Shown here one piece after another: positions 27,032 to 37,313 of a DNA stretch of 64,000 nucleotides. Position 1 is the first letter of the stretch, and each line of letters opens with the position of its first letter. The stretch covers positions 256,001-320,000 of the forward strand of contig CAWFQK010000002.1 in the NCBI GenBank assembly GCA_963817955.1. Direction: 5' to 3'. This DNA is from an uncultured Gemmatimonadaceae bacterium (GTDB lineage: Bacteria > Gemmatimonadota > Gemmatimonadetes > Gemmatimonadales > Gemmatimonadaceae). Under the pieces are notes generated by a model. The model worked only from the letters and a program-made list of their open reading frames with translations, ran no database searches and had not been told where the DNA came from. Made by a program: the position numbers and the translations under genes.

Positions 27032-29473
27032 ATGAATGCCATCGCGCATGATATCCGCCTGGCGCTCCGCGGTTTCCGCCGCACGCCGAGCTTTGTCGTC
27101 ACGGCCGTGGTCATCCTCGCGCTTGGCATTGGCCTGTCGGTGGCATTGTTCACCGTGTTTCAAACGGTGCTCGTGCGGCAATTGCCCGTGCGTGATCAGG
27201 ATCGTGTCGTCGTCATGTGGACGTACGCCGGAGACCCAACCGCGGATGTCACGGAGGGCACAAAGGATCTGGCTATCGTGCAGCGGGAATCTCGCACGAT
27301 GCGCGCAATTGCCGCCGTCGCGCACTGGCCGGCTACGGCCTCCCCATTCGCGTACGGGCAGCAATCGGTGGAGCTCAACCGCGGAATGGTGACGGGCAAC
27401 TTCTTCGATGTCCTCGGAGTGCGGCCCGCGCTTGGGCGACTCTTCCGTCCGACCGACGACGAACCCGCCGGCGCTTCGCCCGCCGATTCGCGCATTGCCC
27501 GCGGTCTTGTCCTCAGCTATCGCGCCTGGCGCGAGAAGTTCGGAGGCGACCCGGCCATTGTCGGCCAGCACCTCGTCGAGCCGCTACTCCACACCGATTA
27601 CACCATCATCGGCGTCGCGCCGCCGGGCTTTGACTACCCGGTCGGCGCCGACTACTGGATTCCGATGTGGCAGGGTTGGCAGTCTACCGTATCCGCCTTC
27701 GCGGTCGCGCGCCTCGCGCCGGGGGCTACTGTCACCGCCGCACGGAACGAATATCTCGCGATAGAACAACGGCTCGAGCCAACGCTCGCCTTGCGTGGCG
27801 CACACGCCGCGACGTTCGCGGAAACCGTGCTCGGAAACGTGCGTCCCGTGCTCACGCTCTTGACGGTGGCCGTGGGACTGCTGCTGCTCATCGCCTGCTT
27901 GAACGTTGGCAACTTGCTCCTTCTCCGCGCCTCATCGCGCGCGCGAGAGATTGCCGTGCGCCGCGCCCTCGGCGCGCGCACCGCAGACATTGTGCGGCAA
28001 CTCTTCGTCGAGTCGCTGATGATTGCGGCAATGGGTGGCGCGCTCGGACTCGGCGTGGCAATCGCCGTGCTCCGCTTGCTCGTCGTAGCCGCGCCCGCTG
28101 GACTCCCGCGCCTCGACGATGTCCAACTCGCCGGGGCGCCAGTGGGCATCGCCGCCGCCGTCGCGTCTCTCGCCGTGCTGCTCTTCGGCGTTGGACCCGC
28201 TGTCTTTGCCGCACGCGCGAACCTCGCCTCGCCTCTCCGGCTCGATTCGCGCGCCGGCACCGAGACGACGCGGCGGCGTCTCGTCCGACAATCCCTCGTC
28301 GCCTCGCAGATCGCGATCGCCATGGTCATGCTCGGCGGCGCAACGCTTCTCGCGAAAAGCCTCGCGCGGCTCGAGACGCAGGACACAGGGTTCGTGAGCA
28401 ACCATCTGTCCGTCTTCTTTTATTCATGGAACGCGAAACGGTATGACTCCGCTTCAGCGATGGTCGGGCTTGGGAGTCGCGTCCTGCACCGCGTCCGCGC
28501 GATCCCGGGAGTCACCGCTGCGACGCCGCTGGTTGCGCCGCCCATGCTGGGTAATGGCGTGTGGCAAGTACGGTTCGAGGTGGAAGGCGAATTGGCGCAC
28601 GGCGCCGCGTCGAAGCCCATAATCCCGACAGAGATGTGCGGGCCGGAGTTCTTCAAGACCTTTGGCGTGCCGCTCCTTCGCGGGCGCGCGTTCGCCGAAC
28701 GGGACGACGGCTCGGCACCACTCGTGGCTATCGTGAGCGAATCAGTTGCGCGGCGACTGTGGCCGAACCAGGACCCGATCGGGAAGCGCATTCGAGTGCC
28801 CGGTGCGTCGCAGGCGAGTGTCGTTGGCGGCGACGGATGGCGGACCATCGTCGGAGTCGCGCACGAGACCCATCTTCGCACGCTGCGGGATGCCTCGCCC
28901 ATGGTATTTCTCCCGTCGCTACAGGGCTATTGGCAGGGCTCGATCGCCATACGGAGCACCGTGCCGCTGCCAGCCTTGCTCCCGGCCTTGCGCGCTGCCG
29001 GGCGCGAAGTCGATCCCGACCTGGCGCTCTGGAGCCCACGAACCATGGATCAGATCCTGGCGGAACCGCTCGCGCGGCCGCGGCTCGGCGCACTGTTGAT
29101 GTCCGTCCTCGGTGGCGCTGCCCTGTTCCTCGCGGCAATTGGACTCTTCGGCGTGATGGCGGCACTCGTCCGCGACCGGACGCGCGAATTCGGAATCCGC
29201 ATCGCGCTTGGTGCGACGCCGGAACGTGTGCGAGCCGACGTACTGAGACGCGCCGGTGTCATCACCGGAGTCGGTGCAGCGGTCGGCCTCGGCCTGGCGC
29301 TCCTCACGTCACGCCTGTTGACCGCGTTGCTCTTCCAGGTGAGTCCGGCCGACCCGCTGTCACTCGGCGCCGCGTGCGTGATCCTCCTCGGCGTCGCCGC
29401 AACAGCGGCGTATCTGCCGGCACGGCGGGCGACCGCGATCGATCCTATGCAGGCGTTGCGCGCGGACTGCTGA
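27032..29473 (+). CDS. ADOP-family duplicated ABC permease
   Basis: HDIRLALRGFRRTPSF, LIACLNVGNLLL, RTREFGIRIALGA, PARRATAIDP. Confidence 0.93.
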   Translation: MNAIAHDIRLALRGFRRTPSFVVTAVVILALGIGLSVALFTVFQTVLVRQLPVRDQDRVVVMWTYAGDPTADVTEGTKDLAIVQRESRTMRAIAAVAHWPATASPFAYGQQSVELNRGMVTGNFFDVLGVRPALGRLFRPTDDEPAGASPADSRIARGLVLSYRAWREKFGGDPAIVGQHLVEPLLHTDYTIIGVAPPGFDYPVGADYWIPMWQGWQSTVSAFAVARLAPGATVTAARNEYLAIEQRLEPTLALRGAHAATFAETVLGNVRPVLTLLTVAVGLLLLIACLNVGNLLLLRASSRAREIAVRRALGARTADIVRQLFVESLMIAAMGGALGLGVAIAVLRLLVVAAPAGLPRLDDVQLAGAPVGIAAAVASLAVLLFGVGPAVFAARANLASPLRLDSRAGTETTRRRLVRQSLVASQIAIAMVMLGGATLLAKSLARLETQDTGFVSNHLSVFFYSWNAKRYDSASAMVGLGSRVLHRVRAIPGVTAATPLVAPPMLGNGVWQVRFEVEGELAHGAASKPIIPTEMCGPEFFKTFGVPLLRGRAFAERDDGSAPLVAIVSESVARRLWPNQDPIGKRIRVPGASQASVVGGDGWRTIVGVAHETHLRTLRDASPMVFLPSLQGYWQGSIAIRSTVPLPALLPALRAAGREVDPDLALWSPRTMDQILAEPLARPRLGALLMSVLGGAALFLAAIGLFGVMAALVRDRTREFGIRIALGATPERVRADVLRRAGVITGVGAAVGLGLALLTSRLLTALLFQVSPADPLSLGAACVILLGVAATAAYLPARRATAIDPMQALRADC

Positions 29474-29538
29474 CCGAGAGCGCCCGGTCCACCTGTTCAA
29501 GGAACCATCGGCAGCTCTACCGCACGCGTCACGACCGT

Positions 29539-31020
29539 TCATCGCCGCCATGCGGACTTGGTCCAGATCAAGATCACGCCGCACCCGTTTCGTAAGTTGA
29601 CGTATCTCTGTGGGGCCTCGCTCGACCGCTTATAGACCTCGACTGCTGACACCTGGCTTGCCAGCAGAGATCTCACGTCATCTTGAAACGGCGTGTAGAC
29701 GCCGTCCACGTATACGTTGGCCTCACAGAATCCATGATCGGCGAACGAGATGTTCAACGGAACCAGAATGACCAGGGAACCAGGCGGGTGCAGATGATCA
29801 CGAGTCGTGTCTGGCACATCCGCCGGAACGTGGCTGACCATGAGGCTCGGTATAGCCTGCAGAACGAATTCCAATGGCTGCCCCGGAACAGCAGCCATCT
29901 CATCAGGCCCGAGGAGGATTCCAAACCCCATTTTCTTGCGATCGGCGAATTCCGATCGCAGCGTAAATGGCGGCGCTGCGGCGGCGTTCACTTCCATTTT
30001 CGCAAGGACCGTCACTTGCGCAAGCTGTATCGCGATCCGCGTAATGCTGTCAGGTCGCAACACCACAATCTCGCGAACCGCGGCGTAGCCAACTCGTTTG
30101 ATCAGGACGGCCTGTGATCCTACGAGTTCGCGTGAGGTGAGCGTGAACGCACCGGCGCGATCGGTTGTTGCCTGCTCACCGTTATCGAGGGCGACTATCG
30201 CCCCCGAGAGCGGGTTGCCAAGCGTATCTGACACCGTTCCAACCAAGTGACTTGGCGTCGTTGGTCGCACGGCGGCAGCAGCACCGATTCCGGATGGCGC
30301 ACGCTCATTTACGTAGAGGTCGAGCGCCACGAACCGACGCGGTGATACGGGAACAGGCACCGCGCCGCTGCGCGCCTCGCCGACCGACGCAAATGCGGTT
30401 GCATCCGCCTGCGGCGCCGTACACATGAAGTACCTGCCGTCGGAATCCGTACGGCCCACCACTTCCTCAATGTGAGCATTCACGGGGTGCGACGCTGCTC
30501 CGGCCGCATCCAACCACGACAGGTGCACTTCAGCATTTCCCAGGGGAGCAGAGGACGCGACACTCCTCACAATGCCGGTGATCAAATCCGCGCTATCCGC
30601 GCAGAGCCCGTGTTTGAGCGTCGACAGCGATGGCGTGCCAAATCGCACCACGGTCACGTCATCGGCATGGACCCGGAGCACTTCAGCGAAACCACCCAAG
30701 CCGAGCGAATCGAGCGCCACGTCCCTGACCTGCAGCTCATACGTGCCGGGCCGAAGCGAATCGATCTCGAACCGTCCAGCATCGTCGGTAAGCTGCCGCC
30801 CGGCAACAGTGGAAATTCTGACGACGGCACCGCGCAGCCCGCGCCCAGTCAGGCTGTCGTACACGCTTCCCTGCACGCATCCGAAGCCAGTCGTTGCAAC
30901 GCATGGCTGGACCCTGGTGTTCGCCTCCTTGGCTTGCCCCTGACTACGACCCGCAACTGCGCTGCTCGCTAGAACTGCAATGGCAGCGCATCGGGCGATC
31001 TTCTGGGCGCACGGCTGCAT
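29539..31020 (-). CDS. Secreted protein with repeated carboxypeptidase-regulatory-like domains and C-terminal plug-like domain
   Basis: G.V.DS..G..L.GA.V repeats, TDxxGRF/Y motifs, VYVDG..VSAVEVYK..CGVILIWTK. Confidence 0.8.
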   Translation of the reverse strand: MQPCAQKIARCAAIAVLASSAVAGRSQGQAKEANTRVQPCVATTGFGCVQGSVYDSLTGRGLRGAVVRISTVAGRQLTDDAGRFEIDSLRPGTYELQVRDVALDSLGLGGFAEVLRVHADDVTVVRFGTPSLSTLKHGLCADSADLITGIVRSVASSAPLGNAEVHLSWLDAAGAASHPVNAHIEEVVGRTDSDGRYFMCTAPQADATAFASVGEARSGAVPVPVSPRRFVALDLYVNERAPSGIGAAAAVRPTTPSHLVGTVSDTLGNPLSGAIVALDNGEQATTDRAGAFTLTSRELVGSQAVLIKRVGYAAVREIVVLRPDSITRIAIQLAQVTVLAKMEVNAAAAPPFTLRSEFADRKKMGFGILLGPDEMAAVPGQPLEFVLQAIPSLMVSHVPADVPDTTRDHLHPPGSLVILVPLNISFADHGFCEANVYVDGVYTPFQDDVRSLLASQVSAVEVYKRSSEAPQRYVNLRNGCGVILIWTKSAWRR

Positions 31021-31099
31021 GGGCCACTCTCATTTTCGATGACGTACATCACAAGAAGCAGCGCGTCGTGCCACTTCAGCGGGTGCTGGGCGGCGTGGG

Positions 31100-33508
31100 C
31101 TACGCCTCCCGGAACATCACCGACGGAGACGTCCGTACTGCACGTCGCGCGGGCAATATACAGGCGGTTACCGCTGTCACGGCTATCACCAGCGCGACGC
31201 CGACATACGTCGTCGGGTCCACCGGCGTGACGCCGTACAAGAAACCGCGAATAGCGCGCGCCACCAGGAGCGCGAGTCCCACACCGATCGCCATGCCGGC
31301 GCCGACGGGCGCCATACCCTGCCGCACGACGAGCAGGACCACGTCGCGCCGCTCTCCGCCCAGCGCGATCCGCAACCCGATCTCGGCACGACGCAATTGC
31401 GTGCCGTACGCCATCACGCCGTAGATCCCCAATGCCGCCAACACCAGCGTCAACGATCCGAGGATGCCGAGGAGGATACCAGCCATGCGCGCCGGAAACA
31501 CCGCCGCCCGCAGATGGTCGTCGGCCGTGCGAACCTGATACACCGGAATGTTTGGGTCAACGCGCGTCACGGCGGCGCGAAGCAGCGGGAGTCCGCGCCG
31601 CGCGTTGCCCCGGGCAGCGATGGCGATGGTCATCTCACCGGCGTACGCGCCGGCGTGCGGCAAGTAGATGAACGGCTGCGGGGCCTCCGTCAGGCTACGA
31701 TACTTGCCGTCGCGCGCGACGCCGACGACCTCGAGCCACTTGGTCTCATCGCCGCGCACGGCGATTCGATTTCCCACGGCACCGCGCGGAAAGAAGTTGC
31801 GCGCGAGCGTTTCGTTCACGATGACTTCGTTCGCGCCGCCGCTCGACGAAAAGTCGCGGCCGGCGCGCAGCGGAATGCCCATCGTCGTGAAGTAATGTGC
31901 GCCCACGATCGAGTAATCGGCCGCGCCGTGCCGCACCGGAGCAGATCCGCCCGCGGCGGCAAAGACCGTTGCCTGGTTCCCAAAGTCGAGCGGAACACGC
32001 TGCACGATCGATGCGTCGCGCACCCCATCCTCAGAACGGAGCCGCGTCAGCAATTCGTCGTAGGCGCGACGACCCGCGTCGGGAGTCGGGAAGCGACGGC
32101 TGACGTCGACCGTCGCGAACAGCACATGGTCGGCGACGAAGCCGGCGTCCATCGCACGCGCTGCGGCAAGGCTGCGCACGAAGAGACCCGCCGTCACGAG
32201 CAGCACAGTCGTGATCGCGACCTGCACCGCGACGAGCCAGCGGCGATTGCGGATCTGCCCGATCGTGATCCCTGAGCCGGCACCAGAGTCCTTGAGCCCA
32301 CTCACGAGATCGTAGCGCGTCGCGCTCAACGCCGGGCCCAAACTGAAGAGGAGGGTGGCGATGCCCGCGAACAGCGTGGCCGCGGGAATGATGCGCGCGT
32401 CGGGTGTCACATCGACGAGCAGCCCCGACGGTGCCGAGGGGAGCAGCGCGAGCAGTCCGACCGTTGCGGCATTCGCAAGGAGGACGGCAGCCGCCGCGGC
32501 AGCCGCCGTAAGCACAAGCGACTCGAGGACGAGCTGCCGGACGATCCGGGCCTGCGATGCGCCGAGCGCCGCCCGCACCGCAAGCTCGCGCCGGCGGGCC
32601 GAGGCCCGCGACAGCAATAGATTCGCGAGATTGGTGCATGCGAGCAACAGCACCAGCCCAGTCACGACGAACATCAGCACTGCGACCACGGTGAGCGGCG
32701 TGCGCGCACCGGGCGCGAGCGCGCTCGCCGGCGCGACGCGAATGCGGCGTTGTTGTGCGGTCCGTCCGGATCGTGGCGTGATGGCGTCGAGCCGCGTGGC
32801 GATCAGGTTGAGCTCCTGCTCCGCCACGCCCGCTCCGTCAGGCGCCACGCGAGCCAGCGCCTGAATTCCGGTCGCCAGAACATCGTCGAGCCGAGGCGCC
32901 GCGGGTTCGAGCTGTGGGCGCGATCGCAGCGGCACGAAGAGATCCATGGACAGTCCGAAGACCGGCTGAAACCGGGCGGCGACGACGCCGCCCACGGTCA
33001 TCGCGCGTCCGTTGACCGTGACCAGGCTTCCCACGGCGTGATCGACGGCGCCGAACAGCTCGAGCGCCAGCCGGGTGCTAATGACCGCCTGCGTCGCGTC
33101 ACCGATGCTCGAGACGTCGCGGCCCGCGACCGGCGCCACGCCGAGCAACGCGAAGTAATTGCTGTCGACGAATACGCCGGCGTGTAGCTCCGTGGCGGCT
33201 CCGCTGCCGACCGCGAAGTTCGAGATCGCATATCCTGCGAGGCCACGCAGCGAGTGCGCGGTGCGATACTGCGCCAGGTCGGGGTATGAGAGCGGACGAT
33301 AGTCGCTGCCAGTGGTCTCATAGATCTCGATGACGGTTGCCGGATCGCGTGCCGGCAACGGCCGCAACAACAGACCGTTGGCCAACGAGAACACCGTGAG
33401 GTTGGCCCCGATCCCGATGGCCAGCGAAAAAATGGCAACGAGGCTGAATCCCGGCGATTTCATCATCACCCGGATCGCGAGGCGCAAGTCGTCATAACAG
33501 CTACGCAT
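31100..33508 (-). CDS. ADOP-family duplicated ABC permease
   Basis: DDLRLAIRVMMKSPGF, LACTNLANLLL, VGVARDGKY, RRAEIGLRIALG. Confidence 0.92.
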   Translation of the reverse strand: MRSCYDDLRLAIRVMMKSPGFSLVAIFSLAIGIGANLTVFSLANGLLLRPLPARDPATVIEIYETTGSDYRPLSYPDLAQYRTAHSLRGLAGYAISNFAVGSGAATELHAGVFVDSNYFALLGVAPVAGRDVSSIGDATQAVISTRLALELFGAVDHAVGSLVTVNGRAMTVGGVVAARFQPVFGLSMDLFVPLRSRPQLEPAAPRLDDVLATGIQALARVAPDGAGVAEQELNLIATRLDAITPRSGRTAQQRRIRVAPASALAPGARTPLTVVAVLMFVVTGLVLLLACTNLANLLLSRASARRRELAVRAALGASQARIVRQLVLESLVLTAAAAAAAVLLANAATVGLLALLPSAPSGLLVDVTPDARIIPAATLFAGIATLLFSLGPALSATRYDLVSGLKDSGAGSGITIGQIRNRRWLVAVQVAITTVLLVTAGLFVRSLAAARAMDAGFVADHVLFATVDVSRRFPTPDAGRRAYDELLTRLRSEDGVRDASIVQRVPLDFGNQATVFAAAGGSAPVRHGAADYSIVGAHYFTTMGIPLRAGRDFSSSGGANEVIVNETLARNFFPRGAVGNRIAVRGDETKWLEVVGVARDGKYRSLTEAPQPFIYLPHAGAYAGEMTIAIAARGNARRGLPLLRAAVTRVDPNIPVYQVRTADDHLRAAVFPARMAGILLGILGSLTLVLAALGIYGVMAYGTQLRRAEIGLRIALGGERRDVVLLVVRQGMAPVGAGMAIGVGLALLVARAIRGFLYGVTPVDPTTYVGVALVIAVTAVTACILPARRAVRTSPSVMFREA

Positions 33509-33521
33509 GATGTCCTGCCGG

Positions 33522-33782
33522 CTACGGGTTCGCGATGGCTCGGTTCCGGCGAGATGCCGCCGCGGACGAAACAGCCGACACACGCTTGGGCGCAGGCACT
33601 TCAGCCGCCATCATTTTCTCGAGCGTCTCGAGGGTCGGCGCTGCCCTGAGCATCTGACCCTGGACAACGATCGTCGGTGTGCCACTCACACCGATGCGCT
33701 GGCCACGCAGTACTTGCGAATGCGCGCGAAATGTATGAACGCTGTTCACACTCGTCAAGAGTGAAGAGCCGTACAGGGTCAT
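33522..33782 (-). pseudogene. 3' fragment of a DsbA/thioredoxin-fold gene
   Basis: GQRIGVSGTPTIVVQG cis-Pro motif present; no CxxC-containing N-terminal part. Confidence 0.5.
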
Positions 33783-33943
33783 CAGAGTTTGTGGCAGGCC
33801 AGAGCGATTAGACGCCTCTCATAATCGGCGATCGACGTTCAAGCCGCCACCGTGGGCATAGAACGGCAGCTTGAATCGTTCGCGGTGTCGAGCGCGCACG
33901 GACCTACATCACCGAGCGCCGCAAGCGCGCGTCCGCTGGCGAG

Positions 33944-34100
33944 ATGCATGAATTGGCGGAATGGGACGAGATTCTCGCATCAATGTCGGTTCATCGGCTC
34001 CGGCGCTTTCTCGTTGACGAGGGTGAGCGCGCGACGCGACTGAGACAGTCGATTCCCTTTCTTGGCGTTCTGTCGGAGGCAGAGCGGCATCAGCGTACTC
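33944..34100 (+). pseudogene. C-terminal fragment of a putative antitoxin-like protein
   Basis: EWDEIL..LVDEGERATRLRQSIPFLGVLSEAER resembles a W..IL..LRQSSPF.GVL..ER motif recalled from nucleotidyltransferase-associated proteins. Confidence 0.45.
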
Positions 34101-34431
34101 GCAGCGCGAGCCGCAACGTGCAGGCGTCGTCGAAGCGTCACTCGAAACCGTCGCGCGAACCGTCTCGACGAAATGGGCGCTGACCGGCGCGTGCACTCGA
34201 CGCCCGGTGGTAGCGGCCGCATTATTCTGTTGCCGTGCGCCTCGGCAGTTGCGCAATGCACGGGATGACCGCATTCGGCCGATCTACGCGATCGTCGATG
34301 AGCGAAGCAATCTCTGCAGCTACCGCCGAGCCACGACATCATAAGGATTTGGATCAGGCCGCGCGGTGCACCCTACCGCTCGCGACGAGCGTGGAGCATG
34401 GATCGAGCGCGCTCGGTGGTAGACGTCGCAA

Positions 34432-36249
34432 TCAGAATCCGTACGGGCGAATGCTAGTTTTGAGTCTGAGCCGCACGCTTCCGGCTGGCGCATGCGCCCG
34501 CTCAGCGCTGTCGGCGACAGCGGCGAGCCCCGTAGCAACGCTGGCGGACAAGCCGCGCGCGACCGCGTCCTGTGCCTCGCGCTTCGCGTCGTCGTACCGG
34601 CCGAGGGCGATCAAGTCAGCGATCAACCCCGCTTTGGCGACAGGCTGATTCGGATCGCGGCGCAGACTTGCCTCGAACTGTAACAGCGCGAGCGAATCGT
34701 TCCCGTGATCTCGAAATTGATTGGCGAGATCGTTCCGGATCCATTCAGGATTGGGCGATTCATCAATCGCGCGTTGATACGCCTCGATCGCCTCCGGCGT
34801 GCGCCCGATCTGAAACAGCATGAAGCCAACGGCGTGCTGTGCCCGATAGCTCCGCGGAGCATCCTGTGCGGTGCGGAGCCAGAGGATTGCGTTATTCCGC
34901 CAATCAAACTCGCGCCGCACGCTCCGCCACGCCCACAGAACGACAATTACCAGCACCGCCAGCTCAGCATATCGCGGAACGTCATCCCGCGTCTTAGCGA
35001 GCTGCGTCACCGCTGCACCGCCGAGCGCAATCACAGCGATCAAGAATCCGACGCTTGGCAGAAAGAGCGTGCGCTCGGCGAGTACAATACCCGTTGGTAT
35101 GACCACGTTGCTCACGGGCGCGAGTGCAATGGCACACCACAACAAACCGAACGACACCGCGGGGAGCTTACGCCACGACAGCACGATCAGAGCAATAACC
35201 GCGATTACGATTCCTAGACCGACAAGCTCCGTAGACCCAAGGTGCGTTGACTTGACGATTTCGCCCGGCGAATAGTCAGCTTGCAGGTGCACGGGCCATA
35301 CGAACAATCGTAGCCAGCGCGGCACAACTTGCAGCATCGTCAGGGCACGCTCCCGAGCACTGGCACCCACCAGCGCCTCGGCGGTGAAGCTCCCCGCGAT
35401 TCCCTTATGAAGGACGAGCCGCCGAACGACTAGGATCGCCGCGGCCACGACTGCCAAGACCCCGAATCCCGCAAGGGGCGACTTGGAATCGGCGCGAGGC
35501 TGTGCGCGCCGCACGATGAGCAGTTCCGCGATCGCGAGCAGCGCGATTATAACGAAGCCTGTCTCTTTGATCAAACAGGCCGCTGCGTACATGAGCACGA
35601 GCGCGCCCCAGCGCCCCAGCGCCCCCCCCAGCGCCCCAGCGCCCCAGCGCCCCAGCGCCCCAGCGCCCAGCGCCCCAGCGCCCCAGCGCCCCAGCGCCCC
35701 AGCGCCCCAGCGCCCCAGCGCCCCAGCGGAATGTGGGCCGGGGTTGCGAGCTCGCAAGTAGACGAGCACTGAGCCGACCGCAAGAATGGTGACGAGCAAC
35801 TCGCTTTGATTGACTGCGAGTGCAAGCGCCTCCGTGTGGATCGGGGCCGCCGCGAACAGGAGGCCGACCGCCAGTGCCGGTCGCTCGTCCATGAATTGGC
35901 GCACCAGATGGACGACAGCGAAGCTCACCGCGATGTACAGTAGGATGCTGACCAGCCGGAAAACAACCGGCGTTCCTCCACCGAGCCCGTATTCCAACGC
36001 GAAGAGCGTCGTCGAGAAAGGCCGGTAAAGATCGGGAGAGAACGGCGGTGGCCAGTACGGCTTCGTGAAGTACAGCTTCCACATTCCGAGTGCATGCACG
36101 CGGTCATCGCCCACAATGAGTGGCAAGTCGTCGACCGCGTAATCGTTCACCAAGATATTCGCGGACGTGATCAGCGCGACGAGTGCGACGAGCCCGGCGT
36201 CCAGCCATTCCGCGCGTGGCAATCGCGCCTGAGTCCGATGAGAGGTCAT
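34432..36249 (-). CDS. TMTC-like GT-C glycosyltransferase with C-terminal TPR repeats
   Basis: DD motif (YAVDDL), YRP, P.HTEAL, KE, LQADYS, AERTLFLPS; multiple TM helices followed by TPRs. Confidence 0.82.
   Translation of the reverse strand: MTSHRTQARLPRAEWLDAGLVALVALITSANILVNDYAVDDLPLIVGDDRVHALGMWKLYFTKPYWPPPFSPDLYRPFSTTLFALEYGLGGGTPVVFRLVSILLYIAVSFAVVHLVRQFMDERPALAVGLLFAAAPIHTEALALAVNQSELLVTILAVGSVLVYLRARNPGPHSAGALGRWGAGALGRWGAGALGAGALGRWGAGALGGALGRWGALVLMYAAACLIKETGFVIIALLAIAELLIVRRAQPRADSKSPLAGFGVLAVVAAAILVVRRLVLHKGIAGSFTAEALVGASARERALTMLQVVPRWLRLFVWPVHLQADYSPGEIVKSTHLGSTELVGLGIVIAVIALIVLSWRKLPAVSFGLLWCAIALAPVSNVVIPTGIVLAERTLFLPSVGFLIAVIALGGAAVTQLAKTRDDVPRYAELAVLVIVVLWAWRSVRREFDWRNNAILWLRTAQDAPRSYRAQHAVGFMLFQIGRTPEAIEAYQRAIDESPNPEWIRNDLANQFRDHGNDSLALLQFEASLRRDPNQPVAKAGLIADLIALGRYDDAKREAQDAVARGLSASVATGLAAVADSAERAHAPAGSVRLRLKTSIRPYGF
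35605..35727. repeat. Intragenic 8-bp tandem repeat (GCCCCAGC) x15
   Basis: 13 perfect 8-mers plus one 12-mer and one 7-mer = 123 bp. Confidence 0.95.
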
Positions 36250-37313
36250 GAAGTGAATATGATGCGTCGACGCCCCTACGAACATCAACAGCGGCAATTG
36301 GCATCCTCACGCGGCGTCGACCCGGAGCATCCGATACGGTAATTCGCCCCCTGCGTGGGATAGGCACGAGGCGCCATCGCGGCACGCCTGCGCTGAACCT
36401 CTGACAAAGCAGTACTAACGACTGGCCCAAACAACGCGATCTCTCCGCGTTGGGCCGGATATGGGAATAGAAGAGTGCTCAGTCTGAGCTTCGCGGAAGA
36501 GCGAATGGCCCGCTGCCTCATCAGAACATGCGTGCAGGGTCGAGATCGCTATTTCGGAATCGTGAGGTCGAGCCACTTTCCAAACAGCGGGTCCTCGACA
36601 TAGTGCCGGAGATTCGCCCGGTCCCCTTCCCGGCGCGTCAGGCCACGGGCGTCGAGTACAGAGAGCGCCTTCTGCATGGTGGGGACGGGCATCGAGTAGC
36701 GTGCCACGACTTCGCTCGACTTCAAGCCTTGCCCGTGCTCGCGACGAACGGCGAGTAAGGCTCGCTGCTGCGCCGACGAGCGCTCGTTCCAAAGTTGCGT
36801 GTAGAGTGGATCGTTCCGCCGCGCCAGGACTTCGTGCATGCGCCGGACGAGTTCGGGCGTGAGTGATTTCGCGCCGCGTCCCGTCTTCTCGCTCACGGTT
36901 TCCCGACACGCCTCCCAACAGCCGTGAGCCAGGAGTTGCACGTTGTACGGCACGTCCTCCGCTTCGTCGAGGATCGCGGTGATCGCGCCGGCGTCGAGCT
37001 TGATATGACCGCGACTAAATGAGCGCACCAGAAACTCGGCGAAATCCGGGCGCGGAATCGGCCCGATGAATAGGGTTTCGCCAAGCCGATAGAAGGGTTG
37101 CTTCTCCTTCGTGGTCATGTCCGTGAGCAAGCGAGTGGCCGAACCCGCGAAGATGTAACCAATGTGGCGATGCGTTTGCACAGCGGCCCGGAACTCCTGT
37201 TGCGCCGTTTCGCTCGTGCTGACGACGCGCTGGAACTCATCAATGATGAGCGCCACGGGCTTGCCCGTGTGCGCGGCGGCCCGGTCAACGCCCTTGAGCA
37301 CGTCGGTCAGTAA

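Noticed and set aside
33782..33910. Possible PIN/VapC toxin scrap (ERFKLPFY on the minus strand)
   Set aside because: Too short, with no conserved acidic PIN residues; cannot be supported
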